From Euprymna scolopes (taxonomy: Eukaryota): a stretch of 64,000 nucleotides of DNA. The stretch lies in NCBI GenBank assembly GCA_053919585.1, contig CM132786.1, one strand, 5' to 3'. The notes below the pieces were generated by a model, which was given only the letters and a program-made list of their open reading frames with translations, did no database searches and was not told the origin of the DNA. The position numbers were made by a program, and so were the translations under genes. Position 1 is the first letter of the stretch. Each line of letters opens with the position of its first letter. Positions 1-13,214 of this stretch are shown one piece after another.

Positions 1-2574
1 TAAGCATTGTTTAAACTTCATTGATTATTTTCCCTGAGAAAAGTATTAACTGTAATCATAAGAATTGTAGTAACAGTTCATATATAGAGAGAAAATTGCT
101 ACTTGAGTAATGCCACCTTTTACACATTTGTCCAGCTGGAAAGAAGAATTGCTATAAAATAAAACAGTTTTATGATAGCGTATATATGTTTATGCATTCC
201 ATTGAAATCTTGTAAATGTTTGTGTGCACATCATGATGTGTCTAAGATATATTCTTAATAAAAATGCATTAACCAACGCAATTTCTGTAAAAAAAACTAT
301 CAGCAATAAACATCAAAATCCGAAAAAAAAACTATTACATATTAACATCCTTTAAGATGTTCGTATGAAAACCATGGCATTAACATAAATATTTTTTAAC
401 GGTTGATGTAAATATGTAAGGTATGGCACATCACACCCACGTTAAAATTATTAGCAGAAAACGGAAACATACTCTGCCTAAGTGAATTGGATTATACTAA
501 CACATGCCGTAGATATTTTAGATATAAATAGGGTTATTCAAACGTTAAGACTTTCTGATTAATATCGTCGGTGTTTGTTCTGCTTTTTTTTATAACAAAG
601 TATTATTATATTACATAAGTTTAGCATCATCCGTTTTCTTAATAAATATATCATTCAATAAAATTCAGTTTGCGTCATGACTGATTTGTGATATTTTCGT
701 TTTAATAAGTGTTAATAGACAATGCTAACGTATTCATAGTCATGCATGTCTAAGTGATTATACGAATATTTAATAATCGTTGATAAATTGACAATGCAAT
801 AGTATAGTAATGGTTATGCATTTCAACGTGGTTATAGGAAGAATATATTCAGAATTAATTTCAATGAATATGTAAAAGTAGGTGTGCTGGTATATATTTT
901 AACTAAATGATGATACGGAATAAAAAATGATTTATGAAACGATTTGTGGGAATTGATATTTTTTATAGTGGTTCTTTATTGAATGCATCAAATTGGAAGC
1001 AATCCTTGTAATTAATAGAACATTTAAAACAGTAAAAAAATCGTATTTCAAAAGTCTTAATTACTGTATTTGGTTTCATACTATTCCCTAATATTCACAT
1101 TCTTCTACATTCGTTATTTTTATTAAGTCATTACGTGTCATGATATATGGTAAAAATAAATATCTACTTTTCTTCTATATTCATATCGAAATATCTTGAA
1201 AAAATGAATACGAGGAGGCCATAAATTGTAACTTACATATAAAACTAAGTTCAATCATAAAAGTCTCTGAATCATCTCTAATTAACGCAGAACATTAATT
1301 AAGATGCTGACATCTTTGTGTAAATATTCAACTCATTAAGTTTGGGTAATTATATCAGATTCGAACCTTCACCTTTTGCACCATAAAATACCGGAAAATG
1401 TGTGACCGATAATATCGTATGTTTCCAAGGTTATTCTAATGAGGGACGTGTTCGTGTTAGGGAAGTTCATAATGTTGTTGTTAATTATGAATCACGCGGT
1501 CGCTTCGACACTCCGATTCCAATTAGAAAAGAAGAAAAGGCGTATTCATAACTACTCTACTGTTCTCATTCACCTCGCTGGACATCAAATAAACATGCCC
1601 AATTTCGCCAGAGCCTCTAATGAACACACGGAATCAAAGAAATATTCAAGAAACTAATGCATAATAACTTGATCCGGATACAAATCCATTTATATCCACA
1701 GATGTCAGTGATACACCATTAATCTCTTAATGCGATTAATGGTAATTTGTGTGATATATCCATATTAATTAAAATACAATCGTGTGAAATATTGTATACA
1801 GTATCACATGAAGTGTGAACCACATACAGTTATACAATTTATAGATTCAGAACACTACGTCTCGTAGTATCTCGAGGAAAATAAAGTGTAAATAATAAAT
1901 ATAAATGAAAATAATGCAAATTGAATGCATGTTCTGAAATTATATTAAAACATAGCACGTTGTATATTAAGTCCTTCCGATTGGATGTGAGGGTATTGCA
2001 TATAGAATTATTATAATTAGTGAACTTTTACATTCAGGATCTAAAATTTACATTCTGTCTCTTTCAGATATTTACATTGTAAGACATTGAGACAGAAATC
2101 CTTGCATGTTCTTCCGTCAGTAGAAAATACTCCTCGTCGAATTTCTTAAAAATCATTTAAAATGGATGTGGCGGTACACAAAATGTATTTCTGGCGCACA
2201 AAACGTTAGTCGTGTAAATTTTACTGATCATATCTACTTAAATATAACGCTTGCAGTTTATAACAAATAAGTCGCTTTACTTTTTGAGCGATCTTTGCAT
2301 GGAAATGTTCGCTCTAGGCGAATATGCACAAAGTTCATCGCTTGCGAAACTGAATAGAGAATGCAAGTAAAAATGTACAAAAAAATGATGCTGAAGCAAA
2401 AATACGGGGTCGTTTCATGGTAATACTCAGGTTATTGTAGTGCAAACTTTAAAACAAAATATGTAGCTTTTCATTTGGGACGACCTTCGTAGATACATAC
2501 ATACTCATCATTGAAAAAATAAATATATGAATTTTTGTTTAAGTGTGGCTATAAACAAAATATCTAACCTGTAG

Positions 2575-3500
2575 TTGCACCCTATTTGAAGACACTTATT
2601 TTGAATAGAAATTTGACAATTTTGAAAACTTTAAGTGTCACGAACATGATAAAATCATGTTTTGTTCTTTTGTTAGTGTTGTAAGTCCGTAGTCAGTTGT
2701 AAGTCAGTCCGTAGGTATTTTTCTACATTTTGTTGTTATAGAGGAAGTAAGTCCTGGAGAAGAAATTTAAAAGTACGAGCTGTACATTTTTGACGTGTAC
2801 ATTCGCCCCAGTTTCGAGCAGAAATATAAAATGAGAAAATTGTTGCAGACTATTTGTAAAACTTATTTTGAATAGAAATTTGAACATTTTGAAAACTTTA
2901 GGTGACAGGAAAATGATAAAATCATTTTTATGTCCTTTTGTTAGGGTTTTAAGTCAAATATTTCGCTAAAAATAGCCTCATAAGGATATTAAGTCCGTAG
3001 GTTTTTTTTAAATTCTCTTTATTTTGTTATTATACAGGAAGTAAGTCCTGGAGAAGAAATTTACATATACGAGCTGTACATTTTCCCGTGTGCGTTCACC
3101 CCTGTTTCGAGCAGCTATATAAATTAAAACAAAATTAGGTCCTTTTGTTGGTGTTGTAACTGATTTTATTATTTTCCTGTCACTTAGAGTTTTCAACATT
3201 TTCAAATTTCTATTAAAATAAGTGTTTTCAAATAGTGTGAAACCATTTTCTTATTTCATATTCCTGCTCGAAACTCGGGTGAACGCACACGTCAAAAATG
3301 TACAGATCGTACTGATAAATTTCTTCTCCAAGACTTAGTTCCTCTATAACAACAACATGAAGAAAATAACTACGGACTAACTACCCCGAGGGGCTATTTT
3401 TAGCGAAATATTGGACTTACAACCCCAACAAAAGAACATAAAAGTTATTTTATCACTTTCTCTGACATGACACTTGTAGTTTTCAAAATTTTCAATTTTT
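2575..3500. repeat. ~270-bp satellite-like unit: two direct copies followed by an inverted copy (fold-back)
   Basis: acttattttgaatagaaatttga...ggaagtaagtcctggagaagaaattt...tttcgagcag occurs at ~2593-2820 and ~2861-3112; its reverse complement (ctgctcgaaac...aaatttcttctcc...) runs ~3160-3500. Confidence 0.85.
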
Positions 3501-3942
3501 TTATAGAAAATTAAACAAACTATACACAAGATGAATACACAAATGTGGAAATAATCGATGTTCATCCTGTATCAGAAATATGTAACATTATTTTATCATA
3601 CTCTTGTACTACATTAGTTGTCACAATATCTAATTACCCCCAATTCTCTGCTAGTTAAAAGCAAATTTTCATAGGGGATTTTTAGTCAGGTACATATAAA
3701 TATATACTACACTTAATTTTATTATCTCTGCGAAATATCCAAGAAACTATGAACCTGATAGGCTTTCTACTGGTCTGATGAACATATTTACTCACAGAAA
3801 AACAAGATATAGATATGAGTAAGACGAAGGATGTAAAAGAGTGTTACAGAAAATAACGGTAAAAACAAGATAGAAAGAGGCATTTCATTTTGTATATAAA
3901 TATGTTACTCGCACGATTAGAATTGCATTAATTTCATATGGT

Positions 3943-3970
3943 GCCGAACAACGCCCGGACCGTCTGCTAG
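3943..3970 (+). mobile_element. Helitron-like 3' terminus (GC hairpin remnant + CTAG)
   Basis: gccgaacaacgcccggaccgtctgCTAGt has the same ccc.g.caacgccggg...gCTRR pattern as the termini at 20464, 23223 and 31335. Confidence 0.5.
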
Positions 3971-5929
3971 TACATAAGAAATTAGTATGATTTAGCTTTT
4001 ACTCTGATGCCAATTATGGATTTTTTTCATGCCTAGATGGGCCATTCCCTATACCTGTTGAAGTAAATAAGCGTATCTCTCTTTCGTTTAAGTGTTATAT
4101 CATATTTCGCATACACTTCTTAACAAGCTATGGAGAGAATTCTGAGAGTCAGGCAAACTACTATTTAATCACGAAAAAATCTTTACGATTTTGTTAATAT
4201 AATTTTACGCCAACTCAAGTTTATGTAACGGACATAAATAGTTTAAAAAACAGAATGGGTGGGATCCTAGTTAACTCATGTTTTACGTGATCTATTTTCC
4301 AAATCAACGTTGTAAGTCAAGCGCAAAAATTACGTTAATTACTAATACATTTAAAGATTCGCATGTGAAACTCTTTATGATAGATGCAATACAGGGAAAC
4401 ATTTCTGAATGAACTAAGCTGTGTGTGTTTTACCTCGTCATTCATTCTACAGTGGACACTATTTACACAGTTTTGCCTGCATCATTATTCTGAAATTATA
4501 ATATACACAACTCCAATAGAAATCAACCAGTGCTAATTCAAACATGATGTCTTAACACACGTCTTAAACTTATTACAATTTTTTTTTAAATTTTAATTCA
4601 TCTCCTTTTGTAAAGATATATTTAATACAAAAACTCTATAACTTTCGAGTATCTTTACATAGGGAACTAACGCGTACATTGGCGTGTAGCCCATGAATGG
4701 TTTATTTACGTTTAATTTAAAAGCCGCTTTGCATTAGACAATTATAGATACAAACAAATCAATTTCAAACTATTGATTTGTTTTATTGCAATTTGTTCTT
4801 TTTATTATCCATANNNNNNNNNNNNNNNNNNNNNNNNNNNNNNNNNNNNNNNNNNNNNNNNNNNNNNNNNNNNNNNNNNNNNNNNNNNNNNNNNNNNNNN
4901 NNNNNNNNNNNNNNNNNNNNNNNNNNNNNNNNNNNNNNNNNNNNNNNNNNNNNNNNNNNNNNNNNNNNNNNNNNNNNNNNNNTGGTAACACTAATAAATT
5001 TTTAGTAGTAGATGTTAGAATTAAACTTGATATTGTTACCGGAGTATATAATTTTATTCCATAAATATTATACATCTGTTTGATGTCGGCCGTTGCTTTG
5101 TCGCACAAAATGCTACAACATGATTTTTATTTTAAAGTTACGCCTATATCTTATGTATTGTTATAGAATTGTCCCTCTTTTGAATATTAAATATAACGAG
5201 GAATAATTTTCCAAGTAGGGTAATTCGCAAAGAAAAAAATGCAAACAATTTAAAAAATAATGATAATATAGCTCATCAAATTCTGTCTGTGTTTGTTTAC
5301 AATATAACGTAAGAATATATATGGGATTGGCGATGGCTGCCCTGGAACCGCCAGGTCTGATTAATATTTGATTTTATAGATATATTCCAACGAAGAAATG
5401 GTGGGTGGCGATTTTTAAATGCACCCTCTTTTTTATCATAAATTAAACTCATTAATGAAAAACATTGAAACATGGGATCGTTCATATGAAGTGGAATACT
5501 ATAATACTAAGCTTTTTATCCATTATACAAAAAAATCCTTTTTTTAAGGAGTAATCATTTACTACGATTTTATTATCAACCTTGCATGGGTAACGTATAG
5601 ATAGTCACCTGTATTTTTTCTCTTTTATTTAGAAAAAAATATCGTTACTTTTAGTATCGGTTTTTTTTTCCTCGATTTTAGATACTTATCGGATGATTAG
5701 CAGTACTAAAAATATCTTAGTAACCGACAGACATATAAATTACCTTTTCTTGAAATTGACAAAAGATAAGCGCAACCGTTTCGAAACGTATTATAAAATT
5801 AATTTTCATAAATAATGTCTCCAATTCATGTTTATTATTAAACACTCAAGTAATATGGTCCAATTGTAATTCAAACAAAACTATTCATTTTTAACCTGCT
5901 TCTATAATAACAACTAACTTACTGTATAG

Positions 5930-5983
<54 letters not shown>

Positions 5984-7339
5984 AATATATGTTCTTGTTT
6001 GGTAAGAAAACTTCACAAATTATCTTGTGCTGCTTGGCTGTGTGAAGTATTACTTTTGGTCAAAATCGCCTGTTATTCTTTCATTGGATTATTCAAATTA
6101 GCGATTATCGATACGTATTCTATGACATTTCGATATATAAAATATCTGAAACCATTACCAGACACATGAATTACATTTGTGTTAAATTTTATAAAATTCG
6201 GCCAAGAGCTTTTCCAGTTCATAGGGAACTCGATCGGTCACACACACACGCACACACATACACACCCACACCCACGCATTAATTCCTCAATATAATAGTT
6301 GAGTTTTAGATGTAACGGGCAATACTGAAAAAAGTCATTGCACTAAGTTTACAACAGTACGACCACAATCGTACCATAGTGTAAAGCAAAAAGGATACAA
6401 AACTTGAAAACAAACTCGATAATGTTTATTGTCCTTTCATATTAGTTTCTGTTCAAACAAATTATCTAGAATTACTTTCGCATGTGTAAATTTTGTATAT
6501 TCCCAATAAAAGCAATTTTCTTAATGAGGAACAACATGATTTAATCCAGGAAAATCTTGAGTGAACGGATTCTACTATCATATAAGGTGCATTAATCTTG
6601 CGAAGGGGTTCGCTCAAAAGAAATTACTCTTGACATATCATATGCATTGGAGAGTGTTCGACATAAACGTTCATAATTCGAGATTTCAAGCTATAGATTA
6701 CCGAAATATATCTACACCATCAATTATTTTAGGTCTAATATTATTTTAAAAATTAGTCTCCGATGGGCAGAATCCGACACGATTCCTCATTTTTATCAAG
6801 TATCTCTCGAGTTGCATTCTGATCCCTGCTGTCGACGACGAATGTTATAAAGGAAAACACGTCAAAACCCCACAATCAAATAGATATGCTGATTCGCGCT
6901 AATTGTACTTGGCTTATTAATTTAAACGCATCAACACCAAAATTAAATGTTTCTCCCAGAAAGTGCTCGATCGTGGATGTGAGAGCTGGAATGTGTANNN
7001 NNNNNNNNNNNNNNNNNNNNNNNNNNNNNNNNNNNNNNNNNNNNNNNNNNNNNNNNNNNNNNNNNNNNNNNNNNNNNNNNNNNNNNNNNNNNNNNNNNNN
7101 NNNNNNNNNNNNNNNNNNNNNNNNNNNNNNNNNNNNNNNNNNNNNNNNNNNNNNNNNNNNNNNNNNNNNNNNNNNNNNNNNNNNNNNNNNNNNNNNNNNN
7201 NNNNNNNNNNNNNNNNNNNNNNNNNNNNNNNNNNNNNNNNNNNNNNNNNNNNNNNNNNNNNNNNNNNNNNNNNNNNNNNNNNNNNNNNNNNNNNTCCATG
7301 TTTTACTACCTTTTTCTTTTTACCCTTGCGTTATGCTTT

Positions 7340-7740
7340 AAAAAGACGACCTACATATAAGTCGTTGCTAAATATGACGAAACATCGTAGGCTCATTCTA
7401 CCGCTTCAAAATATCTTACTAACGCCGCAACCCTCTTCATGTTCAAGAACCAGTTATGTCTCAAAATAGAGCAGTGTGGCAGAAGGTTTTGGAAAGAGGT
7501 TATTTGTTATTGAGAATCTATCATATATGCTCTTAATTCTAGTGGGTCATGTACTTTTTTTTTCATTTAAATGTTTTCAATCCGAACGATATTGCGAAGC
7601 TGTCTTTGCTCCGTCCTTACTCTAATGGTAAGCTATTGTCTGTGTTTTGTTCATTTTTGCAAAACCTGCACCGTAAGCGTCGGTATATACACACACTATT
7701 TACAATAACTCATAATCATTATTCGTGCATAAATCTAAAC
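7340..7740 (+). mobile_element. CR1/L2-group LINE 3' ORF2 remnant
   Basis: Degenerate translation resembling GSFYR..KYLT.AA.LF.FKNQLC.KIE and NDIAKLSLLRPYSNGK (cf. the RRNVASLSLFYRYFHGKCS-type C-terminus); similar to the fragments at 10.5 kb and 14.6-16.4 kb. Confidence 0.5.
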
Positions 7741-8908
7741 ACACATCCATAAACAAACTAGTCCTGTTCGTCTGGGGGACTTTGATGCACACTCCTGTTT
7801 TCCGGCTGACTACAACATGGTTTACTTCAAGTCTAGCGTAAAAAAATGTTTTCTTTGAGAAATCTCGTTAAATAAGTAAACCATACAAATCCTGCACAAC
7901 TAATGTTTACTACATTGTTGTATCATTGAACACATTACGTGCTTACCATCTAGTGGGCTTCAGAAATTGATAAGTGCCGATTCATTAAGGGATATACCAC
8001 TTTAAAATGCCATTATTCCGATTAAATCATTAGTTTTAATTCGCCAACTTATCGTTTCTTTCATCAGAAAATATCCTACTAGATTGAATCATCAGGCTTA
8101 TAATACAGCCATTTTGAATGCTAGGACCGTCACTTTTTCAATCTTTGTAGACTCCTACTTTTATGTATTGAGGTTTTATGCCTAGAAATTCATTTGAAAT
8201 TGTACATGTAATTCCGACCGATACCTTATTTTTCTATTAGTATTAGCACTATTTCAAACAAATCGAATAATATGTTTTTACAATAACATAACATATATTA
8301 TATCCAGGGTGCAACAATAATTAATATAATGGCATATTTCTCGTTTTATTGAATAGTTCTGATCCGTCGAGAGTGCAATACCATTCTACAGCGTTTGAAT
8401 AACACAGCAACTTTTCTAGTGACATTCTATTTCAGGCCAGATGATTCGTTTAAGCTTTCCAAACAGGGTGATATTTTAGGCGATGATCATAGATATTAGT
8501 TGTGAGCATAGTATTTAGGTTGAAAGTATAACATCCTTATTTGTATACGGTAAAACTTAGCATCCAGTTTTTGTTTAATCGCCACATGTGTGATCAGAGA
8601 ATAGAGACTCAAATATACTTGGGCATTGCTCTCATTTGAAGTGTTGCACCATTGTACTGTTTTCTTCGTCTATGCCTACCAAAGCACTTAGAATGTGATT
8701 TGTATCAGCGTTAATGGAAATGTTATTTTAAGCATGATCATCGGTAGTAGTAGTAGCAGTAGTAATATTTCTATTACAAAACGATGTGGAATGAGTTTTA
8801 TACAGAATATATAACGATAATTCTTAATATCTGAAACAATAGACGTCGATAACATCGTTGATTGAAATATAGGAACATTATCGAAGTATAAATCCATTCT
8901 AAAAACAG

Positions 8909-8982
<74 letters not shown>

Positions 8983-9682
8983 GGGGTCTAGATATATATT
9001 TAGGATCCATACCGTTTTGGAATTANNNNNNNNNNNNNNNNNNNNNNNNNNNNNNNNNNNNNNNNNNNNNNNNNNNNNNNNNNNNNNNNNNNNNNNNNNN
9101 NNNNNNNNNNNNNNNNNNNNNNNNNNNNNNNNNNNNNNNNNNNNNNNNNNNNNNNNNNNNNNNNNNNNNNNNNNNNNNNNNNNNNTTATGCGTCCTCAGA
9201 AGGTTTTTGTTTGCATTCGCTCTCATATATGTCAGCATGCAGTAGGTTCTATTAACAATAAACTATCTTAACGAGAGTTTTTATGGATTTTTTCGAGAGT
9301 GTAAGCAAACTTAATGTCTTATATTATTTTAAAAATGAGCATGGCGAAATGTTTCAGCTCTCTCTCTAAGATAATCATATGCATATCTATGTAATAATAA
9401 GTTGGAAATGTTGAAACGCAATAATTTTATTGTCCAAAATTGGAAATATTTTGATTTTTGGAATTGTTCAAGTGTTTTCAAATGCGGTGAACAATATATT
9501 ATTTCATAATTTTACACTTCTTTCTACGAAGCAAACTGTTCTAAAACATAAGGCATAACATTACTTTTAACCGTATTGTTTGCATATAACAAATATATAC
9601 TGAAAATATGAATGTATATATGAGGTGAATAAAATCAAATAATACAATAAGTAAAAATTATTGGCAATACTAAACGTATTGC

Positions 9683-9737
<55 letters not shown>

Positions 9738-10504
9738 GTGATGTACAAATCACCCCTATTTTAGAACTAAGTTGAATCAAGCAGTCCTATGAATACATCT
9801 ATTTCTTCATATGCAATTCTGTTCGCGATAATTTTATTCTGAGCAAGTTTTTATTGTTCCCCTCGTAGTTTGATAATTTTCCTATGTTATATCGAATTGC
9901 ACACATGCTTTATTTATTAGATTATGAAAGTTATTAAAATAAACAATAGGAGTTCATGAAAAGTTTCATTTTCGAAATATGTTTTGCATTATATTGTAAT
10001 TTTGGGACTTTTAGTAGTCATATGTGTAAATAAATCGGTAAGTAACGCACTTTAATTGTGCAAAATACCCGAGCATTAAATCTATTTTCTTTTCCGACAT
10101 ATACATAAAACGCAATGTAACAACAATCTAGAGGCTGAAATTGTCGCTGGCAGGAGAAGCACTATGAAAATTATAGTACATCTATTAAATCATAATTCTG
10201 GAAAAGTTTACGTATTATAGAAATTATTTCAACGCGAGTTATCATTATGCAACTTTCACAGCAAAGATTAAGTCTGGTTTACTTGGCAAATGACGTATCT
10301 ACAACGCAACTATATATTTCTCAAAACGCCTTTTCCCTCTAAGCGTACGATATCGCTATCAACATAAAAAGAAGCAACATTATGACCTATCGACTAACGT
10401 ATTCTCTATTCGTATATTTCTTCATTCGACAACAGTTTAATCCCTTCCATTTACGCTGCCTCATTAACTGTAAAAACTTTAAAATATTAAATGTAATATA
10501 AACA

Positions 10505-11120
10505 AATATATCTAAACATGCCAAAGGCCTTTCATAATGTATGACAAGAAATGTCTACTGCTGAAAATGTATTATCAATAAGTAAACCATTTCTGTCTGA
10601 GAGGTGCATATGAGTAGTGGTTGATGGGCAGAAAGTAAAAGCTCTCAATATTTATGCTGAGCCCGTTTGATGTTCATCCTGCGTCCAATTCTTGTCTAAT
10701 CTACATCAATGATCTTCCATAGTATATCGAAGATTATTGGTAGGCATTTTCACTTACAAAATTACGGTCTATTGCAAACCGTCAAAAGCCTTAAATGACA
10801 CACTTCTCCCTGATTCTCTCTTCTTTGATATTAACCGGAGATAGAATTGGTAAAAAGGCGCCTGATTACTTTTACGGCATCTAAAACAAAGCTTCATTAT
10901 TTACATCATGAACGATCTGATTCCCATCTGGTATCCATTAAAACAAAGATGAAGCTCCATGTTTTTACAAACTTCGGGCCTCATCATAAATGTAGCACAT
11001 ACGTCAAATCAATTGCCAAAGTCGCTGGAAAAATGGGCGGATGCTTCTACCATTCAATAAAATATTCTATTGCTGATGCAGTGGTCTACCTATATAAAAG
11101 CAACCCACATCCATGAACAG
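10505..11120 (+). mobile_element. CR1/L2-group LINE reverse transcriptase remnant
   Basis: Decayed RT motifs L.MPKAF, FLSERCI*VVVDGQ and LIYINDLP; ORF 10847-11116 reads STYVKSIAKVAGKMGGCFYHSIKY...VYLYKS. Confidence 0.7.
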
Positions 11121-11679
11121 AGTTTATTTTTTAGAAGTGGACGCATGTAAAACACTATTTCGTTTATTATGCCTCCCAGCTGACTACAAATAAGTAATCT
11201 TAAAGTTCAACAAAAACAATTCTTGATGACCAGTCCCCTTAAGTAATGTAATGTACTAAATTTCTTCTACTAAGGATTACTACGTTATCGTCCTATTGGC
11301 TTCTGAACACTCATTAACCTATATCCTCGAGTGGCCTCCGAAACTTGACAACTGGTGAAACCTGCTGTTACAGTTCAAATAATTCCTCTCTATTTAACTA
11401 CTGCAATATATTCGTTTCGATGTAGAAATAAAAACAAATTAGCCTTCAACTTGTTCATACAAATAATATATAAATTGTTTTGTCATAAATCCATAAGGCA
11501 CACGTTTAAGTTTATGTAACAAAGACATTTTTAAGGTGAATTCTGCATGCATATAGCTCTCGGAATAGGAAAAAAGTTCCTTTATATAAACAATGTGTAA
11601 ACCTCTGCTGTGTAATCGTGGGGATGATTTACTGTTTTTTTTTTATATATGCATATATATATTTATATGTATATATATA

Positions 11680-11854
11680 ATCGTCGAACTTTTACCCTTA
11701 ATCGGAAAATTTCTGTCCGAAAACCAATCAGATCGATTTTTCCACGTCTCAGTGCCCTGTATATCAAATATCGAATATGTAGGCTTAAAATTGACGGAGT
11801 GTCCGCGGAGGGGAATGTACCCAGACGCACAGATACATACACAGACACTTTCAC

Positions 11855-11860
<6 letters not shown>
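11680..11860 (-). mobile_element. 5' fragment of a Helitron-like non-autonomous family (same as 22332-23223)
   Basis: Reverse complement gtgtctgtgtatgtatctgtgcg...aattttaagcctacatattcgatatttgatatacagggcactgagacgtggaaaa...ttttcggacagaaat aligns to 22345-22520. Confidence 0.65.
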
Positions 11861-11921
<61 letters not shown>

Positions 11922-11939
11922 TATATATATATATATATT

Positions 11940-12190
11940 GTTATTTTCGACTACCAAAAGAACGAGGCAGCCCACAAAAACCACGCCGGCCAAGAAGCGA
12001 CAGTCTAAGACTCGAGTTTCACCCTTATTCGGCCTCATCAGTCTGACATATGCGCACCCGGGATATGAAGCCCGAGCCCCTGCATGCGAGGCAAGCACGT
12101 TACCCACTGAGTAAACGCCCCGCACACAAGAGATTCTATTAATCAACAGAGTATAAAAGAGCAACCCCAACCAACGAACCGGAAGTCTAA
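11940..12190 (-). mobile_element. tRNA-Ala-headed hammerhead retroelement (SM-alpha/retrozyme-like), copy 1
   Basis: Minus strand reads ggggcgtttactcagtgggtaacgtgcttgc-ct-CGC-at-gcagggg-ctcggg-cttcatat-cccggg (tRNA-Ala-like, 12121->12056), then a hammerhead core and a tail homologous to the plus-strand copy at 12417-12600. Confidence 0.8.
12003..12047 (-). ncRNA. Type I hammerhead ribozyme, slightly decayed
   Basis: Minus strand gtcaga-CTGATGA-ggcc-gaataa-gggt-GAAA-ctcga-GTC/ttagac. The core is intact, stem III is the palindrome ACTCGAGT, and stems I and II each carry one mismatch. Predicted cut between 12009 and 12008. Confidence 0.8.
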
Positions 12191-12617
12191 GGCGTGCTTT
12201 GGGTAATGGAAATAATTATATATAATCTCTCACATCCGTTAGCTCTGCTGGATTGTCTCGTTATTTCGAGTTAAACATCCCTACTTTGGAGCATCGGCTC
12301 GGGGATCAGCTGGTTGGATAGCCACGCCCCTTGTCGAGATGAATTAAGTCAATTCCACAGGTTGATCTCGTCGCGGTTAGCTTGAACTGTGTTGGTTTAT
12401 ATAATTTCTTGTGTGCGGGGGATTTGCTCAGTTGGAAGAGTGGTTGCTTCGCATGCAGGATGCTCGGGTTCCAAATCCCGGGTGTAGATATGTTTGACTG
12501 ATTAGCCAAATGAACACGAAACTCGATTCTTACTTTCGATTCGTTGGCTGGCGTGGCTCGTGTGGGATGTGGCGTCCTTTGAGTAGTGGAAATAATTATA
12601 TATAATCTCTCACATTC
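12191..12617 (+). mobile_element. tRNA-Ala-headed hammerhead retroelement, copy 2 (380-bp unit plus terminal repeat; ribozyme probably inactive)
   Basis: ggcgtgctttgggtaatggaaataattatatataatctctcacat at 12191 recurs as ggcgtcctttgagtagtggaaataattatatataatctctcacat at 12571 (period 380). tRNA-Ala-like head starts at 12417 (anticodon CGC, ggttccaaatcc B-box-like). Core reads CTGATTA...GAAActcgattc, a G8->T change. Confidence 0.75.
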
Positions 12618-13077
12618 TGAATATATATGTACATATTATATATATATATATATATAATATGTATATTTATATTTTTATTTATGTAGACAAATATTACATA
12701 GTCGCTATAAAAACATGATAATGTTTCGTAAAATCCGTTTGAAAGTAACTAAAAGTCATTCGCCAGGCGACCTAATACACCTTATTTGCTAACTTAACCA
12801 TCCAGGTCTCCAAATGAAACAAAAAAACAGTTTTTTTTTTAGTTTTTTTTTTTTTTTTTTTGAGAACCAGATACATTTGGTGGAGGAGAAATATCGCGTC
12901 GCGGGAACAGTAACATTTGGTTTCTTGCAAAGCAATTGTACTAAACATAACATGTTTAGTGTTTAAGATTTCTCTATATGAATGATTATATTTTGCTATG
13001 TTTTATTTAGCATTCTTAATAATCTTGTTTAAATTCATGATTTTTATCTCCTAAATACATTGAACCACCTTTATCCT

Positions 13078-13152
<75 letters not shown>

Positions 13153-13180
13153 GTGTGTGGGGGGGTGCATGCACATCTCG

Positions 13181-13214
<34 letters not shown>

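Noticed and set aside
1439-1657. 72-aa ORF
   Set aside because: No recognisable motif; length is compatible with chance or a decayed transposon
2054-2090. Splice-acceptor-like ttctgtctctttcag followed by gtaag
   Set aside because: No supporting coding exon or neighbouring exons; a host gene cannot be supported without RNA data
8050-8100. Minus-strand CTGATGA...GAAAC motifs
   Set aside because: No stem II or stem I can be formed; chance match
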